64,000 nt of DNA from a phage. Within the stretch, counting starts at the first letter, position 1. The number at the start of each line of letters is the position of its first letter. The position numbers and the translations under genes are program-made. The notes beneath the pieces were generated by a model. That model ran no database searches. It was given only the letters and a program-made list of their open reading frames with translations, and was not told the origin of the DNA. The stretch is taken from the sequence record PZ445524.1. One strand, written 5' to 3'. Of this stretch, positions 1 through 10,042 are shown in pieces.

Positions 1-510
1 GTTCATATGAATTTTATATTGTTCAATAGGAAAATATTCAAATTCAATAACATTATCAACTTTCTTATGCGCAGCCTTAGCAATGTCTAAATTTATACCT
101 TGGGAAATCACTTTAATTGGTGATTTAATTAATAGCTCTTCTTCAGTGTACAAATATGCCCATGGTCTATTTTTAACATTTGGCCAAGACTGCGAAAACG
201 GCAAACGTATATCTGTAAATAAATAATAAATTTTACTTTTGTATTTTGCCATAAATTTTTGCGCAGATAAAATTGCTAAATTAGGTTTACCACCAAAAAA
301 GTTAATAGAAGAATTAACAACTATCAAACGGTCATAATCATTAACATCTACTTCATCAAAAGATTTAGTGTAAACACCATTTTTAAGAGAAATAATGTCG
401 ACATTAAGACCCATTTCAGAAATAACTTTAAAAAGATAAATAGTTTCAGAAGATGGAACAGTTTTAAAATTAATAACATTATTACCCATATTAATTATAG
501 CAATTTTCAT
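1..510 (-). CDS. bgt: DNA beta-glucosyltransferase, N-terminal ~170 aa; 3' end lies beyond window start
   Basis: Reverse-strand ATG at 508-510 gives MKIAIINMGNNVINFK..., matching the T4 Bgt N-terminus as recalled; sits downstream of gene 42 as in T4. Confidence 0.85.
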   Translation of the reverse strand, partial: MKIAIINMGNNVINFKTVPSSETIYLFKVISEMGLNVDIISLKNGVYTKSFDEVDVNDYDRLIVVNSSINFFGGKPNLAILSAQKFMAKYKSKIYYLFTDIRLPFSQSWPNVKNRPWAYLYTEEELLIKSPIKVISQGINLDIAKAAHKKVDNVIEFEYFPIEQYKIHMN

Positions 511-533
511 ATTATTCCTTTTATGTTAAACGA

Positions 534-1274
534 TTAAGCGTATTTTCCTACATAATCTTTTTTCGAAATATGTGTTTCGCCAGTATTCCACCAATGATCA
601 ACCAAGTAAAAATGACGAGAATACACATGTAGGCTTCCAACATTCCATATAATGGAACCTGCTTTATACTGGCGAGTTGAATCACCTGCATTCAAATCAG
701 ATACTAATTTATCTAATACGTATTTTTGCCATGCATAATCATTACGGAATCCGAAGACCACGTCATTTGAGCGCATGTTAACAACCGCATTGATTTTCTT
801 GTCACGAATCAGGTATTGTACTGTATTCGTGCACATAAAATCTGACATACCATCTTTATTATAGTCAAACTGCATAGATGGACGAGTATAAATCATGATA
901 CCACGTCGAGAATCAGGATTTTGACCAAGTTCAGCTAAACACATATCATACTGGGCATAGTTATCTTCTGACCAAATAGCCCAACCATAATTCGAGTTAA
1001 TTTCGCCTTTAGAAGATGCTACTTGTTGCCAAATCTTCGGTGTTTCACCCGGAATATCTTTAACGAACAAGCTCTTAGATTTATACCATTCAAGTTCACG
1101 CTGAATGTATTCATCATTAAGAGCGCCAAAAATAAACGGTTCATCTGCTACAAATGATGCGCCAATAATTTCAATAGTTTTAACACCAGTTTTATCAACT
1201 ACGAAATCTTTTTCTTTTAATGCAAGCCCCAAATGAAGACGGATTTCTTCAACTGTCATAGAGTCACTAATCAT
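534..1274 (-). CDS. 42: dCMP hydroxymethylase (gp42)
   Basis: 246-aa ORF, thymidylate-synthase-like fold, same length as T4 gp42; ATG at 1272-1274. Confidence 0.93.
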   Translation of the reverse strand: MISDSMTVEEIRLHLGLALKEKDFVVDKTGVKTIEIIGASFVADEPFIFGALNDEYIQRELEWYKSKSLFVKDIPGETPKIWQQVASSKGEINSNYGWAIWSEDNYAQYDMCLAELGQNPDSRRGIMIYTRPSMQFDYNKDGMSDFMCTNTVQYLIRDKKINAVVNMRSNDVVFGFRNDYAWQKYVLDKLVSDLNAGDSTRQYKAGSIIWNVGSLHVYSRHFYLVDHWWNTGETHISKKDYVGKYA

Positions 1275-1427
1275 TTAAACCTCAATTGATACATTCATAT
1301 TTAACTTGTAACAGTAATAAACCCCAACCTAAAATAATAGTTGGAATCATAAGAGGAACCGTTACACTATAGTATATACTTATTATAACCATCAAGATTA
1401 AAAGCAATGCTGCTATAATTTTGCTTT

Positions 1428-1679
1428 TCATTCCTTCTCTCTGATGATAATTACCTGATTTGGCTGTGCAGACTTTTTAGTTTCACCGGCAATTGACCAA
1501 ATAAATGTAATAAACCAACCAATAATTGACCAGTTAAACAGTAAAGATGTGAAAAAGATTCCTACTGTCGATTTTGACCCACGCATCAAGGCAATGAACC
1601 ATGGAAGCATGTATATAATAATAGCCAACACGCCTGAAACTAAAACCATAAAAATTGAACCTGCTACTAAAGTTTCCAT
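1428..1679 (-). CDS. imm: Superinfection immunity protein Imm
   Basis: 83-aa hydrophobic membrane protein in the T4 imm position between 43 and 42. Confidence 0.8.
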   Translation of the reverse strand: METLVAGSIFMVLVSGVLAIIIYMLPWFIALMRGSKSTVGIFFTSLLFNWSIIGWFITFIWSIAGETKKSAQPNQVIIIREKE

Positions 1680-1686
1680 GTTTTCC

Positions 1687-2067
1687 TCACTTAGTCAAAT
1701 TTTTTACACATGAATTATAAGAATTCACTACATACTCCATCGGAGCATTTTTACCGGTACGCCACTGGTAATTATTAGCCCAATTTGCCCAAAGCACAGC
1801 ACAGTAGTTTTCAATTTTTTCTTCGCGTGTAATTACATCCGAATTACGATATGCTTGAGCAGATTCATCTGGACGAATAGCTTCGTCAAAATTCGCCTGC
1901 ATTTGTTCTACTGTCTGTTTTGGAGCTTCTTTATAACACTTGACATTAGGATTATAAAATTTGCTTGAACAGTTTACAATTTTTCCTACATCAGACTGAT
2001 TTACTACCGGTCCTTGAGCTACACAACCAGCAAGACCTAATGCAATAACCAAAATAGCGATTTTCAT
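1687..2067 (-). CDS. Small lipoprotein (imm.1 position)
   Basis: Track start 2079 is TTG; in-frame ATG at 2065-2067 with GGAG 6 nt upstream gives MKIAILVIALGLAGC..., a signal peptide plus lipobox. Confidence 0.6.
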   Translation of the reverse strand: MKIAILVIALGLAGCVAQGPVVNQSDVGKIVNCSSKFYNPNVKCYKEAPKQTVEQMQANFDEAIRPDESAQAYRNSDVITREEKIENYCAVLWANWANNYQWRTGKNAPMEYVVNSYNSCVKNLTK

Positions 2068-2099
2068 TTCATTCTCCAAATCCGTATCAGTAGTTGATA

Positions 2100-2136
2100 G
2101 TTGTATAGTACCATAGAAGAACAGGGATGTAAACAG
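2100..2136 (-). promoter_or_regulatory. T4-type early sigma70 promoter (-35 GTTTAC, extended -10 TGGTACTAT)
   Basis: Minus-strand reading ctGTTTACatccctgttcttctaTGGTACTATac upstream of imm.1; the same cassette recurs near 27920 and 42064. Confidence 0.5.
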
Positions 2137-2221
2137 TTTTATGAAAAAAAATTTTTAGGGAATCCAAAGGGTCCAGAATCATCTCTTTTTCATAAGTATA
2201 GATTTATATTACTTGTATGAA

Positions 2222-2243
2222 AAAGGGACCTGGAGGTCCCTAG
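2222..2243 (-). terminator. Stem-loop gggacc-tgga-ggtccc followed by T-run, downstream of gene 43
   Basis: Perfect 6-bp GC-rich inverted repeat; minus-strand RNA has UUUUU after the stem. Confidence 0.5.
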
Positions 2244-2253
2244 ATTTATTCTA

Positions 2254-4950
2254 TCAGCCAAACAGGAAGTCTAACGAAGCTTTTTCTTCATAGTCCATGC
2301 CAGCCGATTCACACATACCCGCAAGCGGTTTAACAAACGATTTTTGGAACAAAGTTGAGTGGTCAATCCAAGATAGTACATCAGAACGAATTTCTTTTGG
2401 AAGTTCTGTACCCGATGGCCAAGCAATGCACTTGTCACCAAATGGATTTCCTTCACGTAATGGAAGAACCATTACCTTATTTCCATCCAAAATTGGAGCT
2501 ACACCCAGACCACTAACAGCTCGACGATAAGTTAGCACACCGCGAATATGGAACGGGCATTTAAATCCTGGCCAACCTTTATCATCATATTTCGCTATAT
2601 CGTTCGCAGTTTTTACTTCAGCAATAACTTTATAGTCAAGTTGACGATATTCTTTCTCGAAGTTCTTGTAGTATTCTTGGACAGACTCTTCACCTTCCTG
2701 AAGAATACGACGAATACTTTCTTCGAGAGCTTCTTGCACTGCTTTTGGTGTTGAACTCTGCTGAGTTTCCATACCCATGATTTTTAGATGCGGTTCAGCA
2801 AATCGTTTATCTTCCATATCATAAACGTTCAGAGCATAACGCTTTTTCGCTTTCCAAAATCCACCAACACCCTTTGAACCAAGTGGAGGGCAAGAAATAG
2901 CTTCACGGTCCATATGCATCAGATGCTCGCGGTTATTCATATAATCACATAACTCACGATATGCAACATCAATCATAGGTTCCATCTTTTTCTTACCGAA
3001 CTGATTCATAAATTCAACCAAATCGTTCTGCTCTTTGAATCGGTCAAGACCTACTTTTTCAATAACTTTATCTACACAAACATATACAGAATCAGTATCA
3101 CCTGCTGCAATGAAATCTTCGCCATTAGTTCCGCATACTTTATTCAGATATTCATTAATTTTACGAGCAATCCACTGAATACCGACTTGACCAAAAATTG
3201 TGATAGCAGTAGCATTTCGCAAATCATAGTAACGGAAATGAATATTACCAAGAGCACCATAAAGACTGTTAATGAGAATTTTACGGTTTAGCTGATTTGT
3301 ATTAGCAAGTGTAGCCGCTTTTTCACATTCTTCAATCAGACTATTGAGAACAGATTCGGTGTAATTCGATAGTTCATTTAAGAAATCATCACTGAACTTA
3401 ACATATCGTTCAACTTCTGGTTTAGTTGAACAAGACCCTGCGCCTTTCATAATAATCTTTTTAATAGCTTCGGCATTCATTTCTTCAGCGAACATTTTCT
3501 TTTTCCAATCTTTACGCTGGAAAAATACTTTAGCGATTTCCTTTGGAATGATACCTTCTTGATGCTTATCATACATCCATCCATTCGGAGAACAAGAATA
3601 TTCATCACTCGGTTTAGGAGCTGTTCCTGCGATATATTCATGAATTGGATGAACTTTAAACTGACCACGAATAGTCTCAGGACTAATGTTAACCTGACGA
3701 ATAATGCTCGGATACAGAGACGTCAAGTCAAAACTCATAATATATCGACGAGCAATTGGTTTAGGTTCAAATACAAATGCACCCGGAAAACTTTGTTTAA
3801 CGTGCGAACCTTGCTGAGGAATAACCTTATGTTCACCTTTCAATGAGTTAAAAATAATAGCATCCCAAGTTTTAATAGGACTCATTACGCCAGAAAAAGG
3901 CATTTTAGCGTAATAAGACATACTTAAAACTAGATCGATAAACCCGCGAATTTTATCGATTGCTTGAACTGATTCTACGTCAATGATGTTATAACTAATG
4001 TATCGTTGATGATTAGTCTCACGAAGTTTATTAATAGGACCGTCGTATGGTAATTTACCTTTTTTGGTTTCATGCTGAGCAACTGATTCCAAAGAGAATG
4101 ACGGCAAATTAGTAAAAGCGAATTTCTTGTACAAATCTAAATAATCAAGAATAGATACGCCATCAATAGAATAAATTTCTTTGCTACCGTACATATTTTG
4201 AATTAGTTTAGATTTTACCCGACCGATTGGAGAGAAGCGTTTCATACTGCGTTCACCCAGAATCATTTTAACGCGATTCATGATATACGGAACGTCAAAT
4301 CCCTCAATATTCCAACCAGTAAAAATAGCAGGTCGTTTCTGTTCCCAGAGATTGATATATTCCATGAGCATATCACGCTCATTATCGAATGGCATATAAA
4401 TTACTCGGTCAAGAATTTCTTGAGGAACTTCATCACCACCTTCACAGTCAAGCTTAGCAGCTAACTTTGCATCCCATTTTGATACTGAACCATACATTGA
4501 ATTCAAAAGGTCGAAAACATAAAAACGGTCATCAATTGAATCGTAATGAGTGATAGCATCAATTTCATATTCAGCTTTCATTGGGTCAGGAAATTTATCA
4601 CCAGTAACCTCAATGTCACAGTTAGCTACACGAACAAATTTTCGGTCATAAACAATTTCTGAACCATACGTATCACTGATATAAGCGAGTTTAAAATCGT
4701 TCATACCGAGAGCTTCGAGACCGATGTCTTCCATTCGCTTCATCCAATCTCGAGCATCTTTCATTGATGGAAATTTTTGAGGAGCGCAATTTTTACCATA
4801 GATGTCTTTGTACTTTGACTCTTCCTTACAATGCCTAAACATAGTCGGAAGATATTCTACTTCACGAGTACGTTCCTTTCCGTTTTCATCAATATAACGT
4901 TCAACAATGTTATTTCCGACTGTTTCAATAGAGATATAAAATTCTTTCAT
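2254..4950 (-). CDS. 43: DNA polymerase (gp43), family B
   Basis: 898-aa ORF, same length as T4 gp43; DTDS polymerase motif; exonuclease motifs; ATG at 4948-4950. Confidence 0.97.
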   Translation of the reverse strand: MKEFYISIETVGNNIVERYIDENGKERTREVEYLPTMFRHCKEESKYKDIYGKNCAPQKFPSMKDARDWMKRMEDIGLEALGMNDFKLAYISDTYGSEIVYDRKFVRVANCDIEVTGDKFPDPMKAEYEIDAITHYDSIDDRFYVFDLLNSMYGSVSKWDAKLAAKLDCEGGDEVPQEILDRVIYMPFDNERDMLMEYINLWEQKRPAIFTGWNIEGFDVPYIMNRVKMILGERSMKRFSPIGRVKSKLIQNMYGSKEIYSIDGVSILDYLDLYKKFAFTNLPSFSLESVAQHETKKGKLPYDGPINKLRETNHQRYISYNIIDVESVQAIDKIRGFIDLVLSMSYYAKMPFSGVMSPIKTWDAIIFNSLKGEHKVIPQQGSHVKQSFPGAFVFEPKPIARRYIMSFDLTSLYPSIIRQVNISPETIRGQFKVHPIHEYIAGTAPKPSDEYSCSPNGWMYDKHQEGIIPKEIAKVFFQRKDWKKKMFAEEMNAEAIKKIIMKGAGSCSTKPEVERYVKFSDDFLNELSNYTESVLNSLIEECEKAATLANTNQLNRKILINSLYGALGNIHFRYYDLRNATAITIFGQVGIQWIARKINEYLNKVCGTNGEDFIAAGDTDSVYVCVDKVIEKVGLDRFKEQNDLVEFMNQFGKKKMEPMIDVAYRELCDYMNNREHLMHMDREAISCPPLGSKGVGGFWKAKKRYALNVYDMEDKRFAEPHLKIMGMETQQSSTPKAVQEALEESIRRILQEGEESVQEYYKNFEKEYRQLDYKVIAEVKTANDIAKYDDKGWPGFKCPFHIRGVLTYRRAVSGLGVAPILDGNKVMVLPLREGNPFGDKCIAWPSGTELPKEIRSDVLSWIDHSTLFQKSFVKPLAGMCESAGMDYEEKASLDFLFG

Positions 4951-4968
4951 AGATATTCCTTAGTTTAT

Positions 4969-4987
4969 AGCCCGAGTTATTAGGCTC
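4969..4987 (-). promoter_or_regulatory. Probable gp43 translational operator hairpin
   Basis: mRNA reads GAGCCUAAUAACUCGGGCU then AAGGA and AUG; matches my recollection of the T4 gene 43 autoregulatory operator. Confidence 0.4.
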
Positions 4988-5008
4988 TTGATATATTATA
5001 CTCCAAAT

Positions 5009-5026
5009 AAGGGGCCGAAGCCCCTT
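5009..5026 (-). terminator. Intercistronic hairpin ggggc-cgaa-gcccc (UUCG loop in mRNA) after regA
   Basis: mRNA GGGGCUUCGGCCCC then U-rich tract, 5 nt after the regA stop. Confidence 0.5.
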
Positions 5027-5028
5027 GC

Positions 5029-5397
5029 TTAATTACCAATCGTATATTTAGGAACGAGTTTCCATTCATGTTTTTGTTTAAAAGAAATAACTCGGAAGTT
5101 ATTAGTTAAATCTTTCATAAAAGTTCTTTGACCAGGAACGATTTCAATCAGTCCCCAATCTTCTAACAGCCATGCAATCGAATCACGACGAACTTCATCT
5201 TCTTCTGTCATTTCAACTTGGCGACCATCCATACGAAGCATTTCTTTAAAATGAACGATATAGTATAGTCCTTTTTTCTGAAGAATATGACAGGACTGAT
5301 ACAGAACTTTATCTTTATTATTAGCAATTCCCATACGAGTCAAAGTTTCTTTTACTTTCAGAAAATCTTCAGGTTTTTTAAGAGTAATTTCAATCAT
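5029..5397 (-). CDS. regA: Translational repressor RegA
   Basis: 122-aa ORF, same length and position as T4 RegA (between 43 and 62). Confidence 0.9.
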   Translation of the reverse strand: MIEITLKKPEDFLKVKETLTRMGIANNKDKVLYQSCHILQKKGLYYIVHFKEMLRMDGRQVEMTEEDEVRRDSIAWLLEDWGLIEIVPGQRTFMKDLTNNFRVISFKQKHEWKLVPKYTIGN

Positions 5398-5398
5398 T

Positions 5399-5962
5399 TT
5401 ACCATTCCAATGCTAGTTTTTTGAGTTGTTTCTGTTCTTTTACGTTCTTAGTCACTTCTTTCAAAAAATCATCCGTGACTAAACCTTTTAGTTCTTTTAA
5501 TACTAAAGGAAGTTTTCCATTTTTAGTAAGAATTGATTTATAGTTAATTGCATCATTTGTATTAACTTGATACCGCTTAGCAAGTAACTTAATAATCAAT
5601 ACTTCGGTGGAATCTTCAACCAGTTTTGCCCATTTACCATATCTTTTACCACGAGGAACTGCAGCCATTAGATAATTAAAATGAGCTTCATCACTTAAGC
5701 CTGATCCAATTAAATTCATAGCATATACAGCTGGCATGCACTCTGGAAATTGTGATAATGCATTCTCAACCATGAATTTTGAATAATCTTTTTGAGCAAT
5801 AGAACATTTAGTTTTATTATTGATAGCTCCAATTATTTCAAAAAATTCATTTTCAGCTTTTTCTTTAAAAGAATCAGCAGCGGATTGGACAGCTGTCCAA
5901 TCTTTTGAATACCAAGCAACTTGATGCTCGTTTAATTGAATATCATCTTCAAATAAGCTCAT
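5399..5962 (-). CDS. 62: Clamp-loader small subunit (gp62)
   Basis: ATG at 5960-5962 gives 187 aa MSLFEDDIQ...; start overlaps gene 44 stop. Confidence 0.92.
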   Translation of the reverse strand: MSLFEDDIQLNEHQVAWYSKDWTAVQSAADSFKEKAENEFFEIIGAINNKTKCSIAQKDYSKFMVENALSQFPECMPAVYAMNLIGSGLSDEAHFNYLMAAVPRGKRYGKWAKLVEDSTEVLIIKLLAKRYQVNTNDAINYKSILTKNGKLPLVLKELKGLVTDDFLKEVTKNVKEQKQLKKLALEW

Positions 5963-5963
5963 A

Positions 5964-6923
5964 TCACTTCCACTGCATTTCACATGCTAATTGAATGAAA
6001 AGATAAGCTAGATGCAATTCAGTATTAGCTGCAATACCATGATACTGATTATTTTCGCCGACAATTTCGTACATACGAATAATACTTTGTGGAGTTACAC
6101 GTGAATAGATTTCTTCGGCAAGTTTACCCACGAACCACGAATAATCAGCTGCATATTTTGGTGCTAAAGCTCTGAGTTGTTTAACATCTTTATTTTTGAG
6201 AGACTCAAGAACATCATCAATAGCACCACGATCGTTAGTAACCAGTGATAAAATACCAGCATCCAAAACACCTTTAGATGAATAACTATCGAGCTCGCCA
6301 ATAGTTTTACGAAAATCAGGAAAATTCTTTTTAACCAAAGCTGCTACAACTTTCATATCAGCTATAGCAATTCCTTCATGCTTACAGATTTCAGTCAATC
6401 GACGAATCATCTGCTTCATCATTTCAATTTTATCTTCATCGGTCGGTTGACCGAATGTAATAACTCGACAGCGTGACTGAAGTGGTTTAATAATACCATC
6501 AATATTGTTAGCAGTAATAATAATACTACAGTTTGAACTATAAGCTTCCATAAAGGAACGAAGATGTCGCTGAGACTCTGCTAACCCTGAGCGGTCAAAT
6601 TCATCAATAACGATTACTTTTTGACGACCATCAAATGAAGCGGCGCTGGCAAAATTAGTCAAAGGACCGCGAACGAAATCAATTTTACAGTCTGATCCAT
6701 TTACAAACATCATATCAGCATTTACATCATGACACAATGCTTTTGCTACAGTTGTTTTACCTGTTCCTGGAGAAGGAGAATGAAGAATAATATGTGGAAT
6801 CTTACCTTTACTTGTAATAGATTTAAAGGTTTCTTTATCAAAGGCGGGAAGAATACATTCATCGATAGTAGATGGACGATATTTCTGTTCAAGAATGTGT
6901 TCTTTTTCATTTACGGTAATCAT
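5964..6923 (-). CDS. 44: Clamp-loader ATPase subunit (gp44)
   Basis: ATG at 6921-6923 with GAGG SD gives 319 aa MITVNEKEH...; Walker A SPGTGKT. Confidence 0.95.
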
Positions 6924-6957
6924 AATTTCCTCATTCAAGTTTTAGTGTAAATTATAA

Positions 6958-6971
6958 AGGGCCGAAGCCCT
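6958..6971 (-). terminator. Intercistronic hairpin agggc-cgaa-gccct between genes 45 and 44
   Basis: UUCG-loop hairpin in mRNA; weak U-tract, so may be a stability or processing element rather than a terminator. Confidence 0.35.
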
Positions 6972-6974
6972 CTA

Positions 6975-7661
6975 TTAAAAATCGTGGGTAGAATCAGCTT
7001 CAAGAGCTACTACATAATTCGCATGTTCACCTTCAAATTTAGCAGCACCTTGTTTACCTTTTGCCCAGAGCAGAAGTTTATAATTTCCTGGTTGCATTTT
7101 CATATTTGCCATATTGATAATGAAATTAAATGTATTTTCACCATCATAATCACCAAGAGTCAAAGAATATTTAACACGGGTCAAAGCAGAATCTTCTACT
7201 TTATTAAAACCGTTAATTACGATTTTACCTTCTTTTACCGTGATAGCAATTGTATCAATTTGCAGACCACGAGATACACGCAACAGTTGTTGAAGGTCTT
7301 CAGCTTTAATTTCAGTAACAACAGATGCTACCGGGAATGGAATTGGTTTATTAGGAGCAACTACTGTACTCGGATCGGCTGCTGGCCAAAAAATTGTTGA
7401 ACGAGCATCAGCAATTTTAATATTTCCATCTTCTGACTGGGAAATTTCTGCATCATCATTAACTAGAGACAGAATACCGAGAAAACCGTTCAAATCGTAA
7501 ATTGCTACATCAAAATCAATAACGTCAGAAATATTTGCTTCCGCATAAGTTGTACCATTAACTGCACGAGTCATAATAAATTGACCTGATTTAAGCATAA
7601 TGCCAGAGTTAATAGTAGCGAAATTTTTAAGCAGAGCAGTAGTATCTTTAGACAGTTTCAT
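6975..7661 (-). CDS. 45: Sliding clamp (gp45)
   Basis: 228-aa ORF, same length and position as T4 gp45. Confidence 0.95.
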   Translation of the reverse strand: MKLSKDTTALLKNFATINSGIMLKSGQFIMTRAVNGTTYAEANISDVIDFDVAIYDLNGFLGILSLVNDDAEISQSEDGNIKIADARSTIFWPAADPSTVVAPNKPIPFPVASVVTEIKAEDLQQLLRVSRGLQIDTIAITVKEGKIVINGFNKVEDSALTRVKYSLTLGDYDGENTFNFIINMANMKMQPGNYKLLLWAKGKQGAAKFEGEHANYVVALEADSTHDF

Positions 7662-7716
7662 GTAATTTCCTTCAATTCAAATGAGATTTAATTTTATAAC
7701 TAATTTAATAAAGCAA

Positions 7717-8106
7717 TTAACGATTAAAATCAGCCGCAATTGTTTCCGCAACAATTTGAGCAGCAACAATTAGACGTTCATCTGCGTTACCGCAATAATC
7801 ATCTTCAAGACGTTCACCACATGAAGTCATAATAAATTTAGCACCGGCGTTTAGGGATTCTGTAGTATGTTTGCGCATCAGTTCAATCCATTTATTACTC
7901 ACTTCACAATCGATAGCTTCATAATATGCATGACGAGCAGGTGCAGATTTAATTTTGTTCTGAATAACTTCCATCGCGTTATCAGAAAGAGACAAAACCC
8001 ATGCTCGACGAATTTTATTTTGGTTTTGTGGATTTGATTCAGAACGCACGTGTTTTGGCTGAATATCTTTTACGTCAACAGTATAATTCACAGTAATTTT
8101 AGTCAT
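7717..8106 (-). CDS. rpbA: RNA polymerase-binding protein RpbA
   Basis: 129-aa ORF in the T4 rpbA position between 45 and 46. Confidence 0.8.
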   Translation of the reverse strand: MTKITVNYTVDVKDIQPKHVRSESNPQNQNKIRRAWVLSLSDNAMEVIQNKIKSAPARHAYYEAIDCEVSNKWIELMRKHTTESLNAGAKFIMTSCGERLEDDYCGNADERLIVAAQIVAETIAADFNR

Positions 8107-8115
8107 AATACACCT

Positions 8116-8304
8116 TTAGTCATAATAATCAGTAACAGTCCAAGCTTCATTTCTATTGGACATTATTTTTGTATATTCTGCTTTAAATGCATTCCTAAGC
8201 ATAGATTCAGTAACTATATGCTCTTCATTAGAAAAATTATTTCTCAGAATATATCGTTTTATTTCAGGAATAGTTAATAGATGCTGTCCAGTTGAATATT
8301 CCAT
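8116..8304 (-). CDS. Hypothetical protein (45.2 position)
   Basis: 62-aa ORF between rpbA and gene 46. Confidence 0.55.
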   Translation of the reverse strand: MEYSTGQHLLTIPEIKRYILRNNFSNEEHIVTESMLRNAFKAEYTKIMSNRNEAWTVTDYYD

Positions 8305-8359
8305 GTTTTTCCTCCATAGAGATTATACTCTAATAAATTAAAGCATAATCTCTTATAAA

Positions 8360-10042
8360 TTAAACCATTACAGTAAATCGACCAACTTTCTTCATTTGAA
8401 GATGCTGACCATATTCTTGCGGGTCATGGTCTTTATGCGAAATTATAAAAACATTAGTGTTTTTCATTGAATTTATAATATTAGCTACACCTTTAATACC
8501 TTCGGCATCAAATGACCCATCAAACACTTCATCGAGTATTAATGTACTAATACTAACACCAGATACAGTAGAAGCAATATCACGCCAAGTAAATAAAAGA
8601 GCAATATCAATTCTTGCTTTTTCACCTTCACTAAATGAAGCATAACTAAAATCTTCGCGACCACGGGATTTAATTGTCTCATTAAATTCTTCATCTAATG
8701 TAAACACATAATCCGCTTCCATTATTTTAAGATAATGGTTAATCTGCTTATTAAATAATGGAATGTACTTTTTAATAATAGCACCTTTAATACCAGAATC
8801 TTTGAGCATATCAGTCAAAATTCCTCGGTGGTATTTTTCCATTACTAAATTAGTTTTTGTCTTAACAATTTTATCAAGTTCTTCTTGAAGCAGTGCTATT
8901 TCATCAGCATGGTCAATAAACTCAGAAGATGCTTTTTCTATAGCCGCTTTAACCTTTTTAGCTTTATCTACTGCTGCGATCAGAGATTGCTTTTTATTGC
9001 GAATATCATTTGCCAACGACTGCTGGGTTTTAATATTATCTCGGTATTCATCAACAAGAACTTTTAAATTATCACGATGTGTTGAAAGCTGTTCAAACGA
9101 ATGCGTACATTCAGAAACTTTATCTTTAATTTTAGAAACAACTTTATCACCGGAACTCAATTGCGACAAACAGGTTGGACATAATCCACCTTCGTGATAC
9201 ATATTAATGACTTTATTATATGAGTCAATTTTTGATTTAATTAAAACTGCTTCTTGACCGATTTTATTAAATGCATCAGTCGGGTCTTCATCTAAAACAA
9301 TATTAACTAATCTTTCATTAGCTTCTTCTATTTCCGATTTTAGCGTTCTAGCTTCTTTTGCCAAATCATCATACATATTTTGCAGACGAGTAAGGTTGTC
9401 ACCCGTTAATTTTTTCTGGCGTTCAACGTTATCATTATATATTTTAATTTGTTGGATAATACTATCTTTTTTAACATCAAGCACTTGGTTTTGTGAATTT
9501 AATTCGCGTATTAGTGCTTTATTAAGCTTATCCATTTCAGCTAATGTTCCTACCTCGAGCAGGTCTTCCACAAGCTTTCTTCGCGCAGGGGTCGACAAAC
9601 CCATGAAAGGGGTATACCCTGCTGTACCAAGGACAACAATCTGCTTGAAACTGGCATATGACATTCCGATAAGCTGTTCAAATTCTGCTTGGAAATCTTT
9701 ACTGCTGGCAGATTCATTAAGACGTGTACCGTTAACGGTGATTTCGAAAACGTTTGGTTTTTGTCCTCTTTTGATATAATACTTTTTCTCATCATATTCC
9801 ATCCACAGTTCAACTAAAAGTTCTTTCTTATTTGTGCTGTTTATTAATTGACCTTTCTTTACATCGCGAAATGGCTTGCCAAAAAGCCCAAATGTGATGG
9901 CTTCTAGCATAGTAGACTTACCACCGCCATTTCGTCCAGTAATAAGAGTTTTTTGAACCTTATCTAATTGAATGTCAACTCCATTTTGACCAACTGACAT
10001 TATATTTTTATATTTTACTCTATTAAGTTTAAAATTCTTCAC
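8360..10042 (-). CDS. 46: Recombination endonuclease subunit gp46 (Rad50/SbcC-like)
   Basis: 560-aa ORF; Walker A GRNGGGKST; long central coiled coil; CPTC zinc hook. Start is GTG at 10040-10042 with AAGGAA SD. Confidence 0.95.
   Translation of the reverse strand: MKNFKLNRVKYKNIMSVGQNGVDIQLDKVQKTLITGRNGGGKSTMLEAITFGLFGKPFRDVKKGQLINSTNKKELLVELWMEYDEKKYYIKRGQKPNVFEITVNGTRLNESASSKDFQAEFEQLIGMSYASFKQIVVLGTAGYTPFMGLSTPARRKLVEDLLEVGTLAEMDKLNKALIRELNSQNQVLDVKKDSIIQQIKIYNDNVERQKKLTGDNLTRLQNMYDDLAKEARTLKSEIEEANERLVNIVLDEDPTDAFNKIGQEAVLIKSKIDSYNKVINMYHEGGLCPTCLSQLSSGDKVVSKIKDKVSECTHSFEQLSTHRDNLKVLVDEYRDNIKTQQSLANDIRNKKQSLIAAVDKAKKVKAAIEKASSEFIDHADEIALLQEELDKIVKTKTNLVMEKYHRGILTDMLKDSGIKGAIIKKYIPLFNKQINHYLKIMEADYVFTLDEEFNETIKSRGREDFSYASFSEGEKARIDIALLFTWRDIASTVSGVSISTLILDEVFDGSFDAEGIKGVANIINSMKNTNVFIISHKDHDPQEYGQHLQMKKVGRFTVMV

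Noticed and set aside
2297-3846. Plus-strand ORFs (2297-2530, 2548-2754, 3559-3846) and minus-strand alternate-frame ORFs (2271-2456, 3477-3668) inside gene 43
   Set aside because: They lie wholly within the DNA polymerase gene, antisense or out of frame, with low-complexity translations; most likely chance ORFs.
6729-9197. Plus-strand ORFs antisense to genes 44, 45, rpbA, 45.2 and 46 (6729-6950, 6984-7400, 8050-8277, 8156-8341, 8457-8645, 8885-9067, 8997-9197)
   Set aside because: All are antisense to recognised T4 replication genes and have Ser/Phe/Ile-rich low-complexity translations typical of AT-rich antisense frames.
9396-9813. ORFs 9396-9779 (+) and 9550-9813 (-) inside gene 46
   Set aside because: Internal to gene 46 in other frames or strands; no start signals.
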